From assembly GCA_022825135.1 (NCBI GenBank), contig JAJDYN010000022.1, positions 68,891 through 132,890 on the forward strand: a stretch of 64,000 nucleotides of DNA, in the 5' to 3' direction. Source of the DNA: Gemmatimonadota bacterium. GTDB taxonomy: Bacteria; Gemmatimonadota; Gemmatimonadetes; Longimicrobiales; Gaopeijiaceae. How positions within the stretch are numbered: the stretch's first letter is position 1; each line of letters begins with the position of its first letter. The position numbers and the translations under genes were made by a program. This document shows, one piece after another, positions 37,599 to 47,363 of this stretch. The notes below the pieces were generated by a model, which was not told where the DNA came from, made no database searches, and saw nothing but the letters and a program-made list of their open reading frames with translations.

Positions 37599-38330
37599 AT
37601 GCTCCCACCTCCAAACGAGATCGAGCGCCGGATACTGGATTACATGGAGTCCTATCTGCGCCGGCACACCTATCAGCCGTCGGTCCGCGAGATCGGGGCG
37701 AGATTCGGGATCAAGAGCACCAAGACCGTATCCGAACACCTCAAGTCGCTCGCCGCAAAGGGGTATCTGGAGCGCGACCCGTCGCGTTCGAGAGGCGCGC
37801 GCATCGTGGGCCTGGACCTTGACGCGGAGACGCGCTCGGTGCCGTGCTACACGCGGACGACACTCCCGCGCGAGGGTGGGGACGAGGATGAGTCACCGCA
37901 ATCCTACGCCATCGACCGCCGCCTGGCGGGTGCGGCAGGATCGTTCTTCGTCAGGGTTTCCGGAGACGAAGCGGGCGCGCTGGGATACGAAGATGGCGAT
38001 CTCCTGCTCGTGCAGCCCGTCCTCGCCGCCGAGGTCCGCGATGGGGACATCCTGGCCGTGCATCTGGCCGACGGGGCGGGCTTCTATCGCTACGACCGGG
38101 CCGGCGATCTCCTGAATCCCGGTTCATCGGAGGCCGCCGCGATTCCTGCGATGCGCCTGGAGGCCCTGGCCGTGGCCGGCAGGGTGACGGCGTTCCTGCG
38201 GCAGGTGGGAGAGGGCCCCGACCCGGCCGCATCCGGCGACCTTCCCTCAAGCCGCCGCTGGCGCCGGAGTTCCCGGCGAATCGCAGATGCCCGCGAGGGA
38301 CGCGGGAGGCGTGAACCGCGGCACCGCTAG
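37599..38330 (+). CDS. lexA: LexA-family transcriptional regulator with degenerate S24 peptidase domain
   Basis: ATG 37599 within ORF 36009-38330. The N-terminal winged helix is strongly LexA-like (SVREIGARFGIKSTKTVSEHLKSLAAKGYLER...SRGARIV). The C-terminal block VRVSGDEAGALGYEDGDLLLV aligns with the LexA block around the catalytic Ser, but Ser, Lys and the Ala-Gly site are substituted. Confidence 0.75.
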   Translation: MLPPPNEIERRILDYMESYLRRHTYQPSVREIGARFGIKSTKTVSEHLKSLAAKGYLERDPSRSRGARIVGLDLDAETRSVPCYTRTTLPREGGDEDESPQSYAIDRRLAGAAGSFFVRVSGDEAGALGYEDGDLLLVQPVLAAEVRDGDILAVHLADGAGFYRYDRAGDLLNPGSSEAAAIPAMRLEALAVAGRVTAFLRQVGEGPDPAASGDLPSSRRWRRSSRRIADAREGRGRREPRHR

Positions 38331-38823
38331 CAGTCCGGGGGCCGCCAACGCTGCACGAAAGCGGGATGCCTCCCGGCCCGGGGATCAGGCCTTCATGGCT
38401 CGGGCCCTGGAGATGGCCCGGCTCGCGGAAGCCCGTTCCGAGGTTCCCGTGGGAGCCGTGCTGGTGCTGAAGGGCCGCGTCGTGGCCGAGGGGCATAACC
38501 GGACGCGCGCCGATGCGGATCCCACCGCGCACGCGGAGGTTGTGGTATTGCGCGCGGCCGCCCGCGGGCTCGGGCTCCGGATCCTGCCGGGCGCCACCCT
38601 CTTCGTGACCCTCGAGCCCTGCGCCCAGTGCGCCGGCGCCATCGTTCTCGCGCGCGTCACGCGCCTGGTCTTCGGTGCCCCCGATCCCAAGGCGGGGATG
38701 GCAGGCAGCCTGGAGAACCTGGTCCAGGATCCGCGTCTCAACCACTCGGTCGAGCTGACCGGAGGCGTGCTGGCGGAGCCCTCCGGGGAGCTGCTGCGGT
38801 CGTTCTTCAGGGCGCGTCGCTAG
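38287..38823 (+). CDS. tadA: tRNA adenosine(34) deaminase
   Basis: FMARALEMARLA, EVPVGAVLV, HAE, PCAQCAGA deaminase zinc motifs. The start is uncertain (ATG 38287, GTG 38311 or ATG 38395); the first two overlap the lexA-like 3' end. Confidence 0.85.
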   Translation: MPARDAGGVNRGTASSPGAANAARKRDASRPGDQAFMARALEMARLAEARSEVPVGAVLVLKGRVVAEGHNRTRADADPTAHAEVVVLRAAARGLGLRILPGATLFVTLEPCAQCAGAIVLARVTRLVFGAPDPKAGMAGSLENLVQDPRLNHSVELTGGVLAEPSGELLRSFFRARR

Positions 38824-38856
38824 CGGCGGAGTGTGCGCGCCGACGGGGCGAGCCGC

Positions 38857-40794
38857 CTAACCCGTCGCCTCCGCTTCGATCAACGTTCCCCGGAAGCGCA
38901 GGACGGCCCACAGAACGGCCGCCCCGAGCAACAGCGCCAGCCACGGGGGCAGGCCGTAGGCTGTGCCGATGTTGCCGAGCGCCATGCCCACCACGCCAAC
39001 CAGCAGGGCGTAGGGCAGCTGCGTGCGCACGTGATCGATGTGGTCGCAGCCGGATGCGGTGGAAGACAGGACCGTCGTGTCGGAGATGGGCGAGCAGTGG
39101 TCTCCGAAGATGGCGCCCGCCAGCACCGATCCGGTTGCCCCGAGCAGGATGACCTCCGCGCTGCCTCCGTCGAAGCCGACGCTGCCCCCGAGGGTGATGG
39201 TCAGCGGGATCACCAGTGGAATCAGGATGGCCATCGTCGCAAACGAGGTGCCGGTTGCGAACGCCATGGCCGCTGCGGTGGCGAACACCAGCACGGGGAT
39301 CAGCTCGAAGGGAATCGCGTCCCCCAGGGTACGGGCCAGGAAGTCCGCCGTCCCGATCTCCCCCGTGATCGCCCCCAGCGACCAGGCGAAGACCAGGACC
39401 AGCATCGCGGTCATCATCGCCTTCATCCCCGCGACCAGCGAAGACAGGGTCTCCTGGAGGGTGAGGATGCGCTGTGAGAGTGAGAGCGCCATGGCCATCA
39501 GACATCCGGCCAGCGAACCCCACAGCAGGGTGGCATAGGGATCCGCCTGTCCCAGGACGTCCATCAGGGATGCTCCCGGACCCGTTGCCGCGCTCCCGGA
39601 CACGTACAACCCGATCAGCACGGTGAGGACGACGGTGATCACCGGAAGGGCCGCGTTCCACCACCGCCGCGGAGCGCCATCCACCGGTTGCAGCAGCGTG
39701 TCCGTCGTGTCGGTGACCGGGTTCGATCCCGGGCGGGTAAGGCCCCCGCCCCGGGCGGCGCGGCGCTCCGCCGTGGCCATCTCGCCCAGATCCCGGTTGG
39801 TGTAGCTCACAAGCGCCACGAAGACCAGCGCCAACAGCGGATAGAAGAGGTACGGAATGGTGTTGAGGAACACGGCGAAGGCGCTCGACGACGCGAGCGA
39901 CGCGGCAAGCTCCGGGTTCGTGGACGCGTGCTGCTCCGCCGCGAGCTGCAGGCCCTGGTCGATGAGCGAGATCTCGTAGCCGACCCATGTCGAGATCGGG
40001 ACGATGGCCGCCACCGGCGCCGCCGTCGAGTCGACCAGATACGCCAGCTTCTCCCGGGAGATGCGGAGCCGGTCCGTGATGGGCCGCATGGTCGTGCCCA
40101 CGATCAGGGTGTTGGCGTAGTCGTCGAAGAAGATGGTCAGCCCCGCGAGCCAGGTGGCGAGCTTGCCCCGGCGCGGAGTGGTGGCGACCGGCGAAACCGC
40201 CTCCACGATGCCGAGGGTGCCCCCGTTGCGGGCGATGATGCCCACCATCCCGCCAAGCAGAAGCGAGAACACCACGATCTGCGTCTGGCCCGAGTCGTCG
40301 GCCAGCGCGGGGACGATGAAGGTATCGACCGTGCGCCAGGTGGCGAGCAGGGGGTTGAAGCCCGCCACCGCCAGCGCGCCCAGCCACACCCCCGCGAACA
40401 GCGCTGCCAGCACCTCGCGAAAGATCAGCGCGAGCAGGATCGCCACCAGCGGCGGCACGATGGAGTACCACGCGGGCGCGTAGTGGGGCTCGACGGTCTC
40501 GGTCGCCGCTCCCACGCGCACTTCCAGAGGCAGGTCCGCCCGCGACTCCACGACCAGATCGGCCACCGCCAGCGACCCGCCGGCGTCCACGGCTCCCGAC
40601 CGAAGCAGGCTGCCATCGGCGGTCCGAACCTCGAACCAGCTCGATTCGTCGGGCGCGCCCGCCAGCGTGAGTGCGAACGGCAACCCTCCCATGACGACGG
40701 CCGGGTGCTCTTCGACGCCCTGGGCCACGAGACGGCCGGCGCCGGAGGTCAGGATCGACAGGACGAGCAGGAGAGCGAACGGTGTGCGCCGCAT
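38857..40794 (-). CDS. Na+/H+ antiporter NhaC family protein with N-terminal extracytoplasmic extension
   Basis: ATG 40794 follows GAGGA. Signal peptide MRRTPFALLLVLSILTSGAG, about 100 aa of non-membrane sequence, then a polytopic NhaC-type core (GGMVGIIARNGGTLGIVEA, TIFFDDYANTLIVG, FGDHCSPISDTT). Confidence 0.8.
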   Translation of the reverse strand: MRRTPFALLLVLSILTSGAGRLVAQGVEEHPAVVMGGLPFALTLAGAPDESSWFEVRTADGSLLRSGAVDAGGSLAVADLVVESRADLPLEVRVGAATETVEPHYAPAWYSIVPPLVAILLALIFREVLAALFAGVWLGALAVAGFNPLLATWRTVDTFIVPALADDSGQTQIVVFSLLLGGMVGIIARNGGTLGIVEAVSPVATTPRRGKLATWLAGLTIFFDDYANTLIVGTTMRPITDRLRISREKLAYLVDSTAAPVAAIVPISTWVGYEISLIDQGLQLAAEQHASTNPELAASLASSSAFAVFLNTIPYLFYPLLALVFVALVSYTNRDLGEMATAERRAARGGGLTRPGSNPVTDTTDTLLQPVDGAPRRWWNAALPVITVVLTVLIGLYVSGSAATGPGASLMDVLGQADPYATLLWGSLAGCLMAMALSLSQRILTLQETLSSLVAGMKAMMTAMLVLVFAWSLGAITGEIGTADFLARTLGDAIPFELIPVLVFATAAAMAFATGTSFATMAILIPLVIPLTITLGGSVGFDGGSAEVILLGATGSVLAGAIFGDHCSPISDTTVLSSTASGCDHIDHVRTQLPYALLVGVVGMALGNIGTAYGLPPWLALLLGAAVLWAVLRFRGTLIEAEATG

Positions 40795-41020
40795 CGGGAG
40801 TCCTCGGAAGGGATTGGGAGATGAACGGGCGCCGGCGCCCGGAGACCCGCGCGCAGCTGTCGGGGACAGCCGCTGGCAAGGTATCGCGGCGCGGGACGCA
40901 CGGCGACCGGGACGCCATGCGCGCAGGCCGGCGGCGAGCCGGATCCCGCGGCGGACACCTGCGGTCGCGGTGTGGGGATTCGCGGGCGAGGAGCGTTGCA
41001 GGCGGCCCGCGGCTTCCGGT

Positions 41021-41500
41021 ATGTTGGCCCCGCGATCCTCCGACGGAACAGGACCACCGACATTGCGCAACACGACCAACAGACGCCACGGCCCGCGGCC
41101 CGTGCTTCGCCTCGTCGCCGCACTCCTGGCCGTCACGGCCTGCCGAAGCGATTCCGGCACCGCCCCCGGGGAAACCGACACGCTGATGCCGACGCTGTCG
41201 AGTATCCAGACCCACGTGTTCACTCCGTCCTGTGCGGGCCACCATGGCCCGTCCCTCGCCGAAGCCGGCCTCGATCTCTCTGCGGGCCGCTCCTTCGCCA
41301 ACCTGGTGAACGTGCCCAGCACCCAGGTGGAGCTCAGCCTCGTGACACCGGGTGACGCGGAGAACAGCTACCTGATCCACAAGATGGACGGGCGCCCGGG
41401 CATCGTCGGCGGACAAATGCCGATCGGCAGGCTGCCCCTCGGCGCCGAAGAGATCGCCGTGATCAGGCAGTGGATCGACGCGGGCGCCCGGAACAACTGA
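41021..41500 (+). CDS. hypothetical lipoprotein
   Basis: Lipobox LLAVTAC. The start is ATG 41021, or in-frame TTG 41063 (AGGA lies 9 nt upstream). The conserved-looking C-terminal block is IQTHVFTPSCAGHHG...LVNVPS...LVTPGDAENSYLIHKM...MP...L..EEIAVIRQWIDAGA. There is no canonical CxxCH. Confidence 0.6.
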   Translation: MLAPRSSDGTGPPTLRNTTNRRHGPRPVLRLVAALLAVTACRSDSGTAPGETDTLMPTLSSIQTHVFTPSCAGHHGPSLAEAGLDLSAGRSFANLVNVPSTQVELSLVTPGDAENSYLIHKMDGRPGIVGGQMPIGRLPLGAEEIAVIRQWIDAGARNN

Positions 41501-41502
41501 CC

Positions 41503-42063
41503 ATGCCCGATCAGTTCCGCATCCCGATCATGCGAGAAGACGCGGTGGGACGGGCGATCGCCCGCATGGCGCGCGAGATCCTGGAGCGCAACGAGGGTAC
41601 GGAGCGCCTCGCGCTGATGGGGATCCACCGCCGCGGCGTCCAGATCGCGCACCTGCTGCAGGACGAGATCGAACGCGCGGCCGGAGTCCGCGTTCCCCGC
41701 GGCTCCATCGACATCACGCTCTACCGCGACGACCTCATGGCGATCGGGCCCAGGCCGGTGATCGGTGAGTCGAAGCTGCCCCCGGGGGGGATCGACAACC
41801 GGGCGGTGGTCGTTGTGGACGATGTCATCTTCACGGGGCGCACCGCCCGCGCGGCCATGAACGAACTGATGGACTGGGGGCGCGCGTCCCGCATCTACTA
41901 CTGCGCGCTGGTGGACCGCGCGGGCCGCGAACTGCCCATTCAGCCCGACATCGTGGGCCGGGCCGTGACGGTGCTGCCGCATCAGCGGGTCGATGTCCTG
42001 GTGCCGGACATCGACGGGGTGCTCGGCGTGGATGTCGTGACGACGTCGCCGGAGGCTGCGTGA
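41503..42063 (+). CDS. pyrR: bifunctional pyr operon regulator / uracil phosphoribosyltransferase PyrR
   Basis: [24 protein letters not shown]-binding loop [13 protein letters not shown]. Confidence 0.88.
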   Translation: MPDQFRIPIMREDAVGRAIARMAREILERNEGTERLALMGIHRRGVQIAHLLQDEIERAAGVRVPRGSIDITLYRDDLMAIGPRPVIGESKLPPGGIDNRAVVVVDDVIFTGRTARAAMNELMDWGRASRIYYCALVDRAGRELPIQPDIVGRAVTVLPHQRVDVLVPDIDGVLGVDVVTTSPEAA

Positions 42064-43037
42064 GCCGTTCCGCCGCCGCTCCGGCGCTGGGCAAGGACCT
42101 CGTCGGCATCGAGCATCTCGGCGCCCGGCAGATCACGAGCATCCTCGACACCGCGGAGCCGTTCAAGGAGATCTCCGAGCGGCGCATCAAGAAGGTTCCC
42201 ACCCTGCGCGGGATCACCATCGTCAACCTCTTCTTCGAGGCCTCCACGCGCACGCGCATCTCCTTCGAGTTCGCGGAGAAGCGCCTCGCGGCGGATACCG
42301 TCAACATCGGCGCGAGCCGTTCCTCGGTGGCGAAGGGGGAGACGCTGGTGGACACCGCCCGCAACCTGGAGGCCATGAAGATCGACATGGTGGTGATGCG
42401 GCACTGGGCGTCGGGCGCGGCCCGGTTCCTCGGGGAGCGCATTCCCTCCAGCGTGATCAACGCGGGGGACGGCGCGCACGAGCACCCGACCCAGGCGCTG
42501 CTGGACATGCTGACGCTGCGCGACCACCTGGGCGCCATCGCCGGCCGGCGGGTCTGCATCGTGGGGGATGTGCGTCACTCGCGGGTGGCGCGCTCCAACA
42601 TCTTCGGGTTGCTGACGCTGGGCGCCGAAGTGGGTGTATGCGGCCCCCCGACGCTGATTCCGCCCCACATGCGCGAACTCGGAGTGCGCATCTTCCATCG
42701 ACTGGAGGAGGCGATCGAGTGGGCCCACGCCCTCAACGTGCTGCGTCTGCAGCTCGAGCGCATGGAAGCCGGCTTCGTGCCCAGCCTGCGCGAGTACAAC
42801 CGCATCTGGGGGGTCTCGCGCGCACGGCTGGCGGCGGCCCCCGAGCCGCTTCTCATCCTCCACCCCGGCCCCATGAACCGGGGAGTGGAGATCGACAGCG
42901 ACGTGGCCGACGGGCCCCACTCGGTGATCCTGGAGCAGGTCACCAACGGGGTGGCGGTGCGCATGGCCGTGCTCTACCTGCTGGCGGGCGGGCGGCCGGA
43001 GAAGGCCGAGGCCGCGAAGGCCGAGGAGGTCGCGTGA
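42060..43037 (+). CDS. pyrB: aspartate carbamoyltransferase catalytic subunit
   Basis: GTG 42060 overlaps the pyrR stop (GTGA). Motifs [25 protein letters not shown]. Confidence 0.92.
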   Translation: MSRSAAAPALGKDLVGIEHLGARQITSILDTAEPFKEISERRIKKVPTLRGITIVNLFFEASTRTRISFEFAEKRLAADTVNIGASRSSVAKGETLVDTARNLEAMKIDMVVMRHWASGAARFLGERIPSSVINAGDGAHEHPTQALLDMLTLRDHLGAIAGRRVCIVGDVRHSRVARSNIFGLLTLGAEVGVCGPPTLIPPHMRELGVRIFHRLEEAIEWAHALNVLRLQLERMEAGFVPSLREYNRIWGVSRARLAAAPEPLLILHPGPMNRGVEIDSDVADGPHSVILEQVTNGVAVRMAVLYLLAGGRPEKAEAAKAEEVA

Positions 43038-44326
43038 GCCCGCGCCCGCTGTGGATTCGCGGAGGCAGGATCATCGATCCGGCCGCGGGAGTGGACGCCA
43101 TCGGCGACCTGCTGCTGGTAGACGGGCGGGTGGCCGGGCGCGGGGGCAGGGTGGAAGGTCCCGCCGACGCGGAGGTCCTGGAGGCGCGCGGGCTGGTGGT
43201 CGCGCCCGGCCTCATCGACGTGCACGTGCACCTGCGCGAGCCGGGCGGGGAGCACAAGGAGACCATCGCCACCGGCGCGCGCGCCGCGGCCGCGGGCGGC
43301 TTCACCTCCGTGTGCGCCATGCCCAACACCAGCCCGCCCATCGACGATCCCGCATCGGTGGGCTTCGTGGTGGCGGAAGGGCGGCGGGCGGGAGGCGCGC
43401 GCGTCTACCCGCTGGGGGCCATCTCCGTCCGCCAGGAAGGGAAGAAGCTGGCGGAGATCGGGGAGATGGTGGCGGCGGGCGCGGTCGGCATCACCGACGA
43501 CGGCCATCCGGTCATGGACTCCGGGCTGATGCGGCTGGCGCTCGAGTACGCCCTGCCGTTCGGCATTCCGGTCGCCGACCACCCCGAGGACCTGGGGCTC
43601 TCGCGTGACGGCAGCATGAACGAGGGGCTCGTGTCCGCCCGCCTCGGCCTGGTGGGCAAGCCCAACGCGTCGGAGGACATTCACATCGTGCGCGACCTGC
43701 TGCTGGCCGAACTCACCGGCGGCCGCATCCACCTCCAGCACGTTTCCACCGCGTGGGGGGTGGAGGCGATCCGGCAGGCGAAGGCGCGCGGGGTGCGCGC
43801 GACTGCGGAGGCGTCCCCCCACCACCTCATCCTCACCGAGGCGGCGGTCGAGGGGTACCGCACCGATGCCAAGATGAACCCGCCGCTCCGCACCGGCGCC
43901 GACGTGGCCGCCGTGCGCGCGGGCCTTGCCGACGGCACCCTGGACGTGATCGCGACCGACCACGCCCCCCACCACTACGACGAGAAGGAGTCCGCGTTCG
44001 ACGACGCGCCCTTCGGCATCGTGGGGCTGGAAACGGCGGTGGGGCTTGTGCTCACCCATCTCGTCGGAGAGGGCGTCATCGACCTTCCCACCGTGATCGA
44101 GCGCATGAGCCCGTCCCCCGCGCGCGCCTTCAATCTCCCGGGCGGCACCCTGACCCCGGGAAGCGTGGCCGACGTGACCCTCATCGACCCCGCCCGCAAG
44201 TGGGCCGTGGACCCGTCGCGCTTCCTCTCAAAGAGCCGCAACACCCCGTTTGCCGACTACGAGCTGACCGGGAAGGCGGTGATGACGATCGTCGGTGGGC
44301 AGATCGTCTGGAAGGAAGGAGGGTAG
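43034..44326 (+). CDS. pyrC: dihydroorotase
   Basis: GTG 43034 overlaps the pyrB stop (GTGA). Motifs [21 protein letters not shown]. About 430 aa, class I type. Confidence 0.9.
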   Translation: MSPRPLWIRGGRIIDPAAGVDAIGDLLLVDGRVAGRGGRVEGPADAEVLEARGLVVAPGLIDVHVHLREPGGEHKETIATGARAAAAGGFTSVCAMPNTSPPIDDPASVGFVVAEGRRAGGARVYPLGAISVRQEGKKLAEIGEMVAAGAVGITDDGHPVMDSGLMRLALEYALPFGIPVADHPEDLGLSRDGSMNEGLVSARLGLVGKPNASEDIHIVRDLLLAELTGGRIHLQHVSTAWGVEAIRQAKARGVRATAEASPHHLILTEAAVEGYRTDAKMNPPLRTGADVAAVRAGLADGTLDVIATDHAPHHYDEKESAFDDAPFGIVGLETAVGLVLTHLVGEGVIDLPTVIERMSPSPARAFNLPGGTLTPGSVADVTLIDPARKWAVDPSRFLSKSRNTPFADYELTGKAVMTIVGGQIVWKEGG

Positions 44327-44359
44327 CGGGCAGGAAGCCGTCCGCGACCGCCCGCCGTC

Positions 44360-46081
44360 CTACCGTCCTCCTTCCGGCAGCGCGAACGCCCGCATCCGCG
44401 GGAGAACCCTCCCGCTCGACTGCCCGGAGCCGATCACGACGTATTGCCGCCCCCCCGCGGAGTAGGTCACCGGAGAGCCGGGACTCCCGTCCAGTTCCGC
44501 CTCCCAGAGTTCCCGCCCGTCGCGCGCGTCGAGCGCGACCAGCCGTGAGCCGGTGCCCCAGAACACCAGACCGCCGCCGGTGGAGAGCGTGCCGCCATGA
44601 CCTCCCTCCGCGGGCACGCGCCAGACTTCCCGGTTCTCCGCGGGATCCCAGGCCAGCAGCAGGTTCGCGGGGCCCTTGAGCGGCGGCCGCTCGGGACGGG
44701 GACCCGCGTCGGCGCCACGCACGGTGCCGGTGTTCCAGACGCCCGCGGTGTACTCGAAGCCCTCCTCCTTCTCGAAGAAGGAGATGTTGTTCCTGGCAGG
44801 GAGATAGACGAGGCCGGTCGCCGGATTCCACGACATGGGAGGCCAGTTGTGCGCGCCGCTGGGGCTGGGCGACAGCCACACCGCGCCGGTCTTCCCGTAG
44901 CGCGCCTCCGGCGTCTCCACCGGGCGGCCCGTCTCCAGGTCGACGTGAGTGGCCCAGGTGAGGTCGTCGGCGAAGGCTTCGGCGGAGATGAGCTCGCCGG
45001 TATGCCGGTCGATGACGTAGAAGAAGCCGTTCTTGGGCGCCTGGAGGATGACCTCGCGCTCGCGGCCGCCGATGGTGAGGTCCAGCAGCATGAGCGGCTG
45101 GGTGGCGGTGTAGTCCCAGTCGTCGCCCGGGGTGGTCTGGTAGTGCCAGCGGAGCGCGCCGTCCGCGGGGTCGAGGGCGAGAATCGAGGAGAGGTAGAGG
45201 TTGTCGCCGCCGCCGGGGCTGCGGTTGTCGCGGTTCCAGGGCGATCCGTTGCCGGTGCCGATGTACAGGAGGCCGGCCTCGGGGTCGGCGGCCATGCCGT
45301 CCCACACCGTGCCGCCTCCTCCGACGATCCACCACTCCCCCGTCCAGGTCTCCGCCGCGGCGCGCATCGCGTCGCTCTCGAACCCGAGCGCCGGGTTGCC
45401 GGGGACCGTGTAGGTCCGCCACAGCTGCTCCCCCGTGGCGGCATCGTAGGCGGTGACGTAGCCGCGCACCCCATACTCCGCGCCGGCGTTGCCGATGACC
45501 ACGATGTCGCCCATGACCCGGGGCGCGCCCGTTACGGAATAGTCGGACCCGGGAGGGGTGGTCTGCGTCGACCACGCCAGCGACCCGTCCGCCCGGTTGA
45601 GCGCAACCAGCCGTCCGTCCAGCAGCCCCGCGATGACTTTGTCGCCGTGCAGCGCGGCGCCCCGGTTGACGTCGCCGCAGCAGGTCCGCGGGCCGCCGCG
45701 GTCCTCGGTCGGAATGCCGGGGTCCCAGCGCCAGATCTCGTCGCCCGTGGCGGCATCCAGCGCGAAGACCATGCTGAACGGGCCCGTCGCGTAGAGGATG
45801 CCGTCGGCGATCAGGGGCGTGGCCTCGATCCGCGCGCCGGTCTTGGGAATCTCCCAGCTCCACGCAACCTCGAGCCCGGCAACGTTGCCGGCGTCGATCT
45901 GGTCGAGCGTGCTGTAGCGGGTTTCGGCGGGGTTGCCTCCGTAGTGCCGCCACTCCTGCTGCGCGGCCGCCGGGGTCGCGAACAGGAGGCCGAAGACGAC
46001 CGCGATGGCCGGGGAAAAGCCGTGGGCAGCGGCGGGAGGAATGCGTGCGGCGGGGTCCCGCGGGGTGGGCGAAGTCGTCAT
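44360..46081 (-). CDS. PQQ-dependent dehydrogenase, methanol/ethanol family (no cytochrome domain)
   Basis: ATG 46081 follows GGAG. Signal peptide, WRHYGGNPAETRYSTLDQIDAGNV, vicinal Cys pair (PRTCCGDVNRG), and W-containing propeller repeats throughout. Confidence 0.88.
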   Translation of the reverse strand: MTTSPTPRDPAARIPPAAAHGFSPAIAVVFGLLFATPAAAQQEWRHYGGNPAETRYSTLDQIDAGNVAGLEVAWSWEIPKTGARIEATPLIADGILYATGPFSMVFALDAATGDEIWRWDPGIPTEDRGGPRTCCGDVNRGAALHGDKVIAGLLDGRLVALNRADGSLAWSTQTTPPGSDYSVTGAPRVMGDIVVIGNAGAEYGVRGYVTAYDAATGEQLWRTYTVPGNPALGFESDAMRAAAETWTGEWWIVGGGGTVWDGMAADPEAGLLYIGTGNGSPWNRDNRSPGGGDNLYLSSILALDPADGALRWHYQTTPGDDWDYTATQPLMLLDLTIGGREREVILQAPKNGFFYVIDRHTGELISAEAFADDLTWATHVDLETGRPVETPEARYGKTGAVWLSPSPSGAHNWPPMSWNPATGLVYLPARNNISFFEKEEGFEYTAGVWNTGTVRGADAGPRPERPPLKGPANLLLAWDPAENREVWRVPAEGGHGGTLSTGGGLVFWGTGSRLVALDARDGRELWEAELDGSPGSPVTYSAGGRQYVVIGSGQSSGRVLPRMRAFALPEGGR

Positions 46082-46282
46082 GGCGCGCTCCGGGGCGGAT
46101 CGGCGACGCGGGCGGGCCGGCGGCGTTACGGCGGCCGCCATCGCCGACTACAAGTGCACGGGAAAGCTTGGCACGCGGCGGCGATGGGGCAAGAAGCCCG
46201 GCGCGGGCGGGCTCCGGCGCCATGTCGGCCCGTGCCCGGGGGAACCTTGCGGCCGGGGTTGTCTCAGCCCGGCGGGCCTGTC

Positions 46283-46537
46283 TCAGCCCAGGGAGTTCAC
46301 CCGACGCGCCAGCGCGCTCTTCGCGCGGGCGACGGCGTTCGGGTGCAGCAGGCGGGAAGTTGCGGCACGATCAAGCAGGACCTGAGCCTCGCGAAAGCGG
46401 GTCTGGGCGGTCTCGGCATCGGTGGCTTCGCGCACCTTCTTGAGCGCCGTGCGCAGACGGGAGCGCTTCGCCCGGTTGCGGGCATTCTGCTCCCGGCTCT
46501 TGTTCATCCGCTTTATCGCGCTCTTGACGTTCGGCAT
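46283..46537 (-). CDS. rpsT: 30S ribosomal protein S20
   Basis: MPNVKSAIKRMNKSREQNARNRAKRSRLRTALKK... 84 aa, within the longer ORF 46283-46852. Confidence 0.92.
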   Translation of the reverse strand: MPNVKSAIKRMNKSREQNARNRAKRSRLRTALKKVREATDAETAQTRFREAQVLLDRAATSRLLHPNAVARAKSALARRVNSLG

Positions 46538-46703
46538 CCCGTTCCCCGGATCGTGCGGTCCTTCTCCAGCAAGCTGCGGAGGATACGCAATTCCACCCCG
46601 GGAATCAACCGGTTCCAGCGAAATCCGCGCCATCGCCGCAAGTCGTCCGACGGGAGCCTGCCGGGTAGCGGGCGGGTGCGGCCGCCGGTAGCTTCCGGGT
46701 GCA

Positions 46704-47363
46704 ATGGACATTCTCCTGCTGATTCCCGTCCTCCTCGTCTCGATCATCGTCCACGAAGTCGCGCACGCCTGGGTCGCGTTGCGCGAAGGCGACGACACCG
46801 CCTTCATGCTCGGGCGCATCACCCTCAATCCGCTCCCGCACATCGATCTCATCGGGTCGATCCTGGTGCCGCTCGGCCTCTACTTCATGAACGCGGGGTT
46901 CCTCTTCGGCTGGGCGAAGCCGGTGCCCGTCAACCCCCGCAAGTATCATGACTACCGGCGCGGGGACATCCGCGTGTCGCTGGCCGGCATAGCGGCCAAC
47001 CTCATCCTGGCGATTGGGTTCACCCTGCTGGCCGCCCTGCTGGTGAAGGCCGCTCAGTTGAGCGGCGGGGCGCTGGCCGGGCCGTTGGACGTGGCGGTGC
47101 GCATCGCGGAACTGGGCATCCTGATCAACCTGGTGCTCGCCTTCTTCAACCTGGTGCCCATTCCGCCCCTCGACGGATCGCACGTCCTCTACCACCTGCT
47201 GCCCACCCGCCTTGGCGTCGCGTACCGGCGCCTGGGACGCTACGGCATGCTCATCCTCCTCGCCGTATTCTTCCTGTTCCCGGGTCCTTTCTTCTCCATC
47301 GTCCTGGCGCCGGTCCGTTTTTGCATGGGAGCGGCCCAGGACTTCATCGACCTGTGGCTCTGA
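46704..47363 (+). CDS. site-2 protease family (M50) membrane metalloprotease
   Basis: HEVAH zinc motif in the first TM segment, NLVPIPPLDGSH motif, and several TM segments. Confidence 0.85.
   Translation: MDILLLIPVLLVSIIVHEVAHAWVALREGDDTAFMLGRITLNPLPHIDLIGSILVPLGLYFMNAGFLFGWAKPVPVNPRKYHDYRRGDIRVSLAGIAANLILAIGFTLLAALLVKAAQLSGGALAGPLDVAVRIAELGILINLVLAFFNLVPIPPLDGSHVLYHLLPTRLGVAYRRLGRYGMLILLAVFFLFPGPFFSIVLAPVRFCMGAAQDFIDLWL

Noticed and set aside
41150-41260. Possible heme-binding site in the small lipoprotein (SCAGHHG).
   Set aside because: The motif is C-x-x-H-H, not CxxCH. With the second Cys missing, covalent heme attachment is not supported.
40795-41322. 5' extension of the NhaC ORF (821 aa versus 646 aa), and the parallel 869-aa ORF 38807-41416.
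   Set aside because: The extension is Arg/Pro-rich with no membrane or domain features. A good RBS and a signal-like N-terminus occur at ATG 40794. The extension would also swallow the divergent promoter region and overlap the lipoprotein gene.
46250-46295. Direct repeat TGTCTCAGCCC x2 and GC-rich palindromic bits at the rpsT stop codon, as a possible terminator.
   Set aside because: The stems I could draw have loops that are too short or weak pairing, and there is no U-tract. The second copy is partly coding sequence. The evidence is insufficient.
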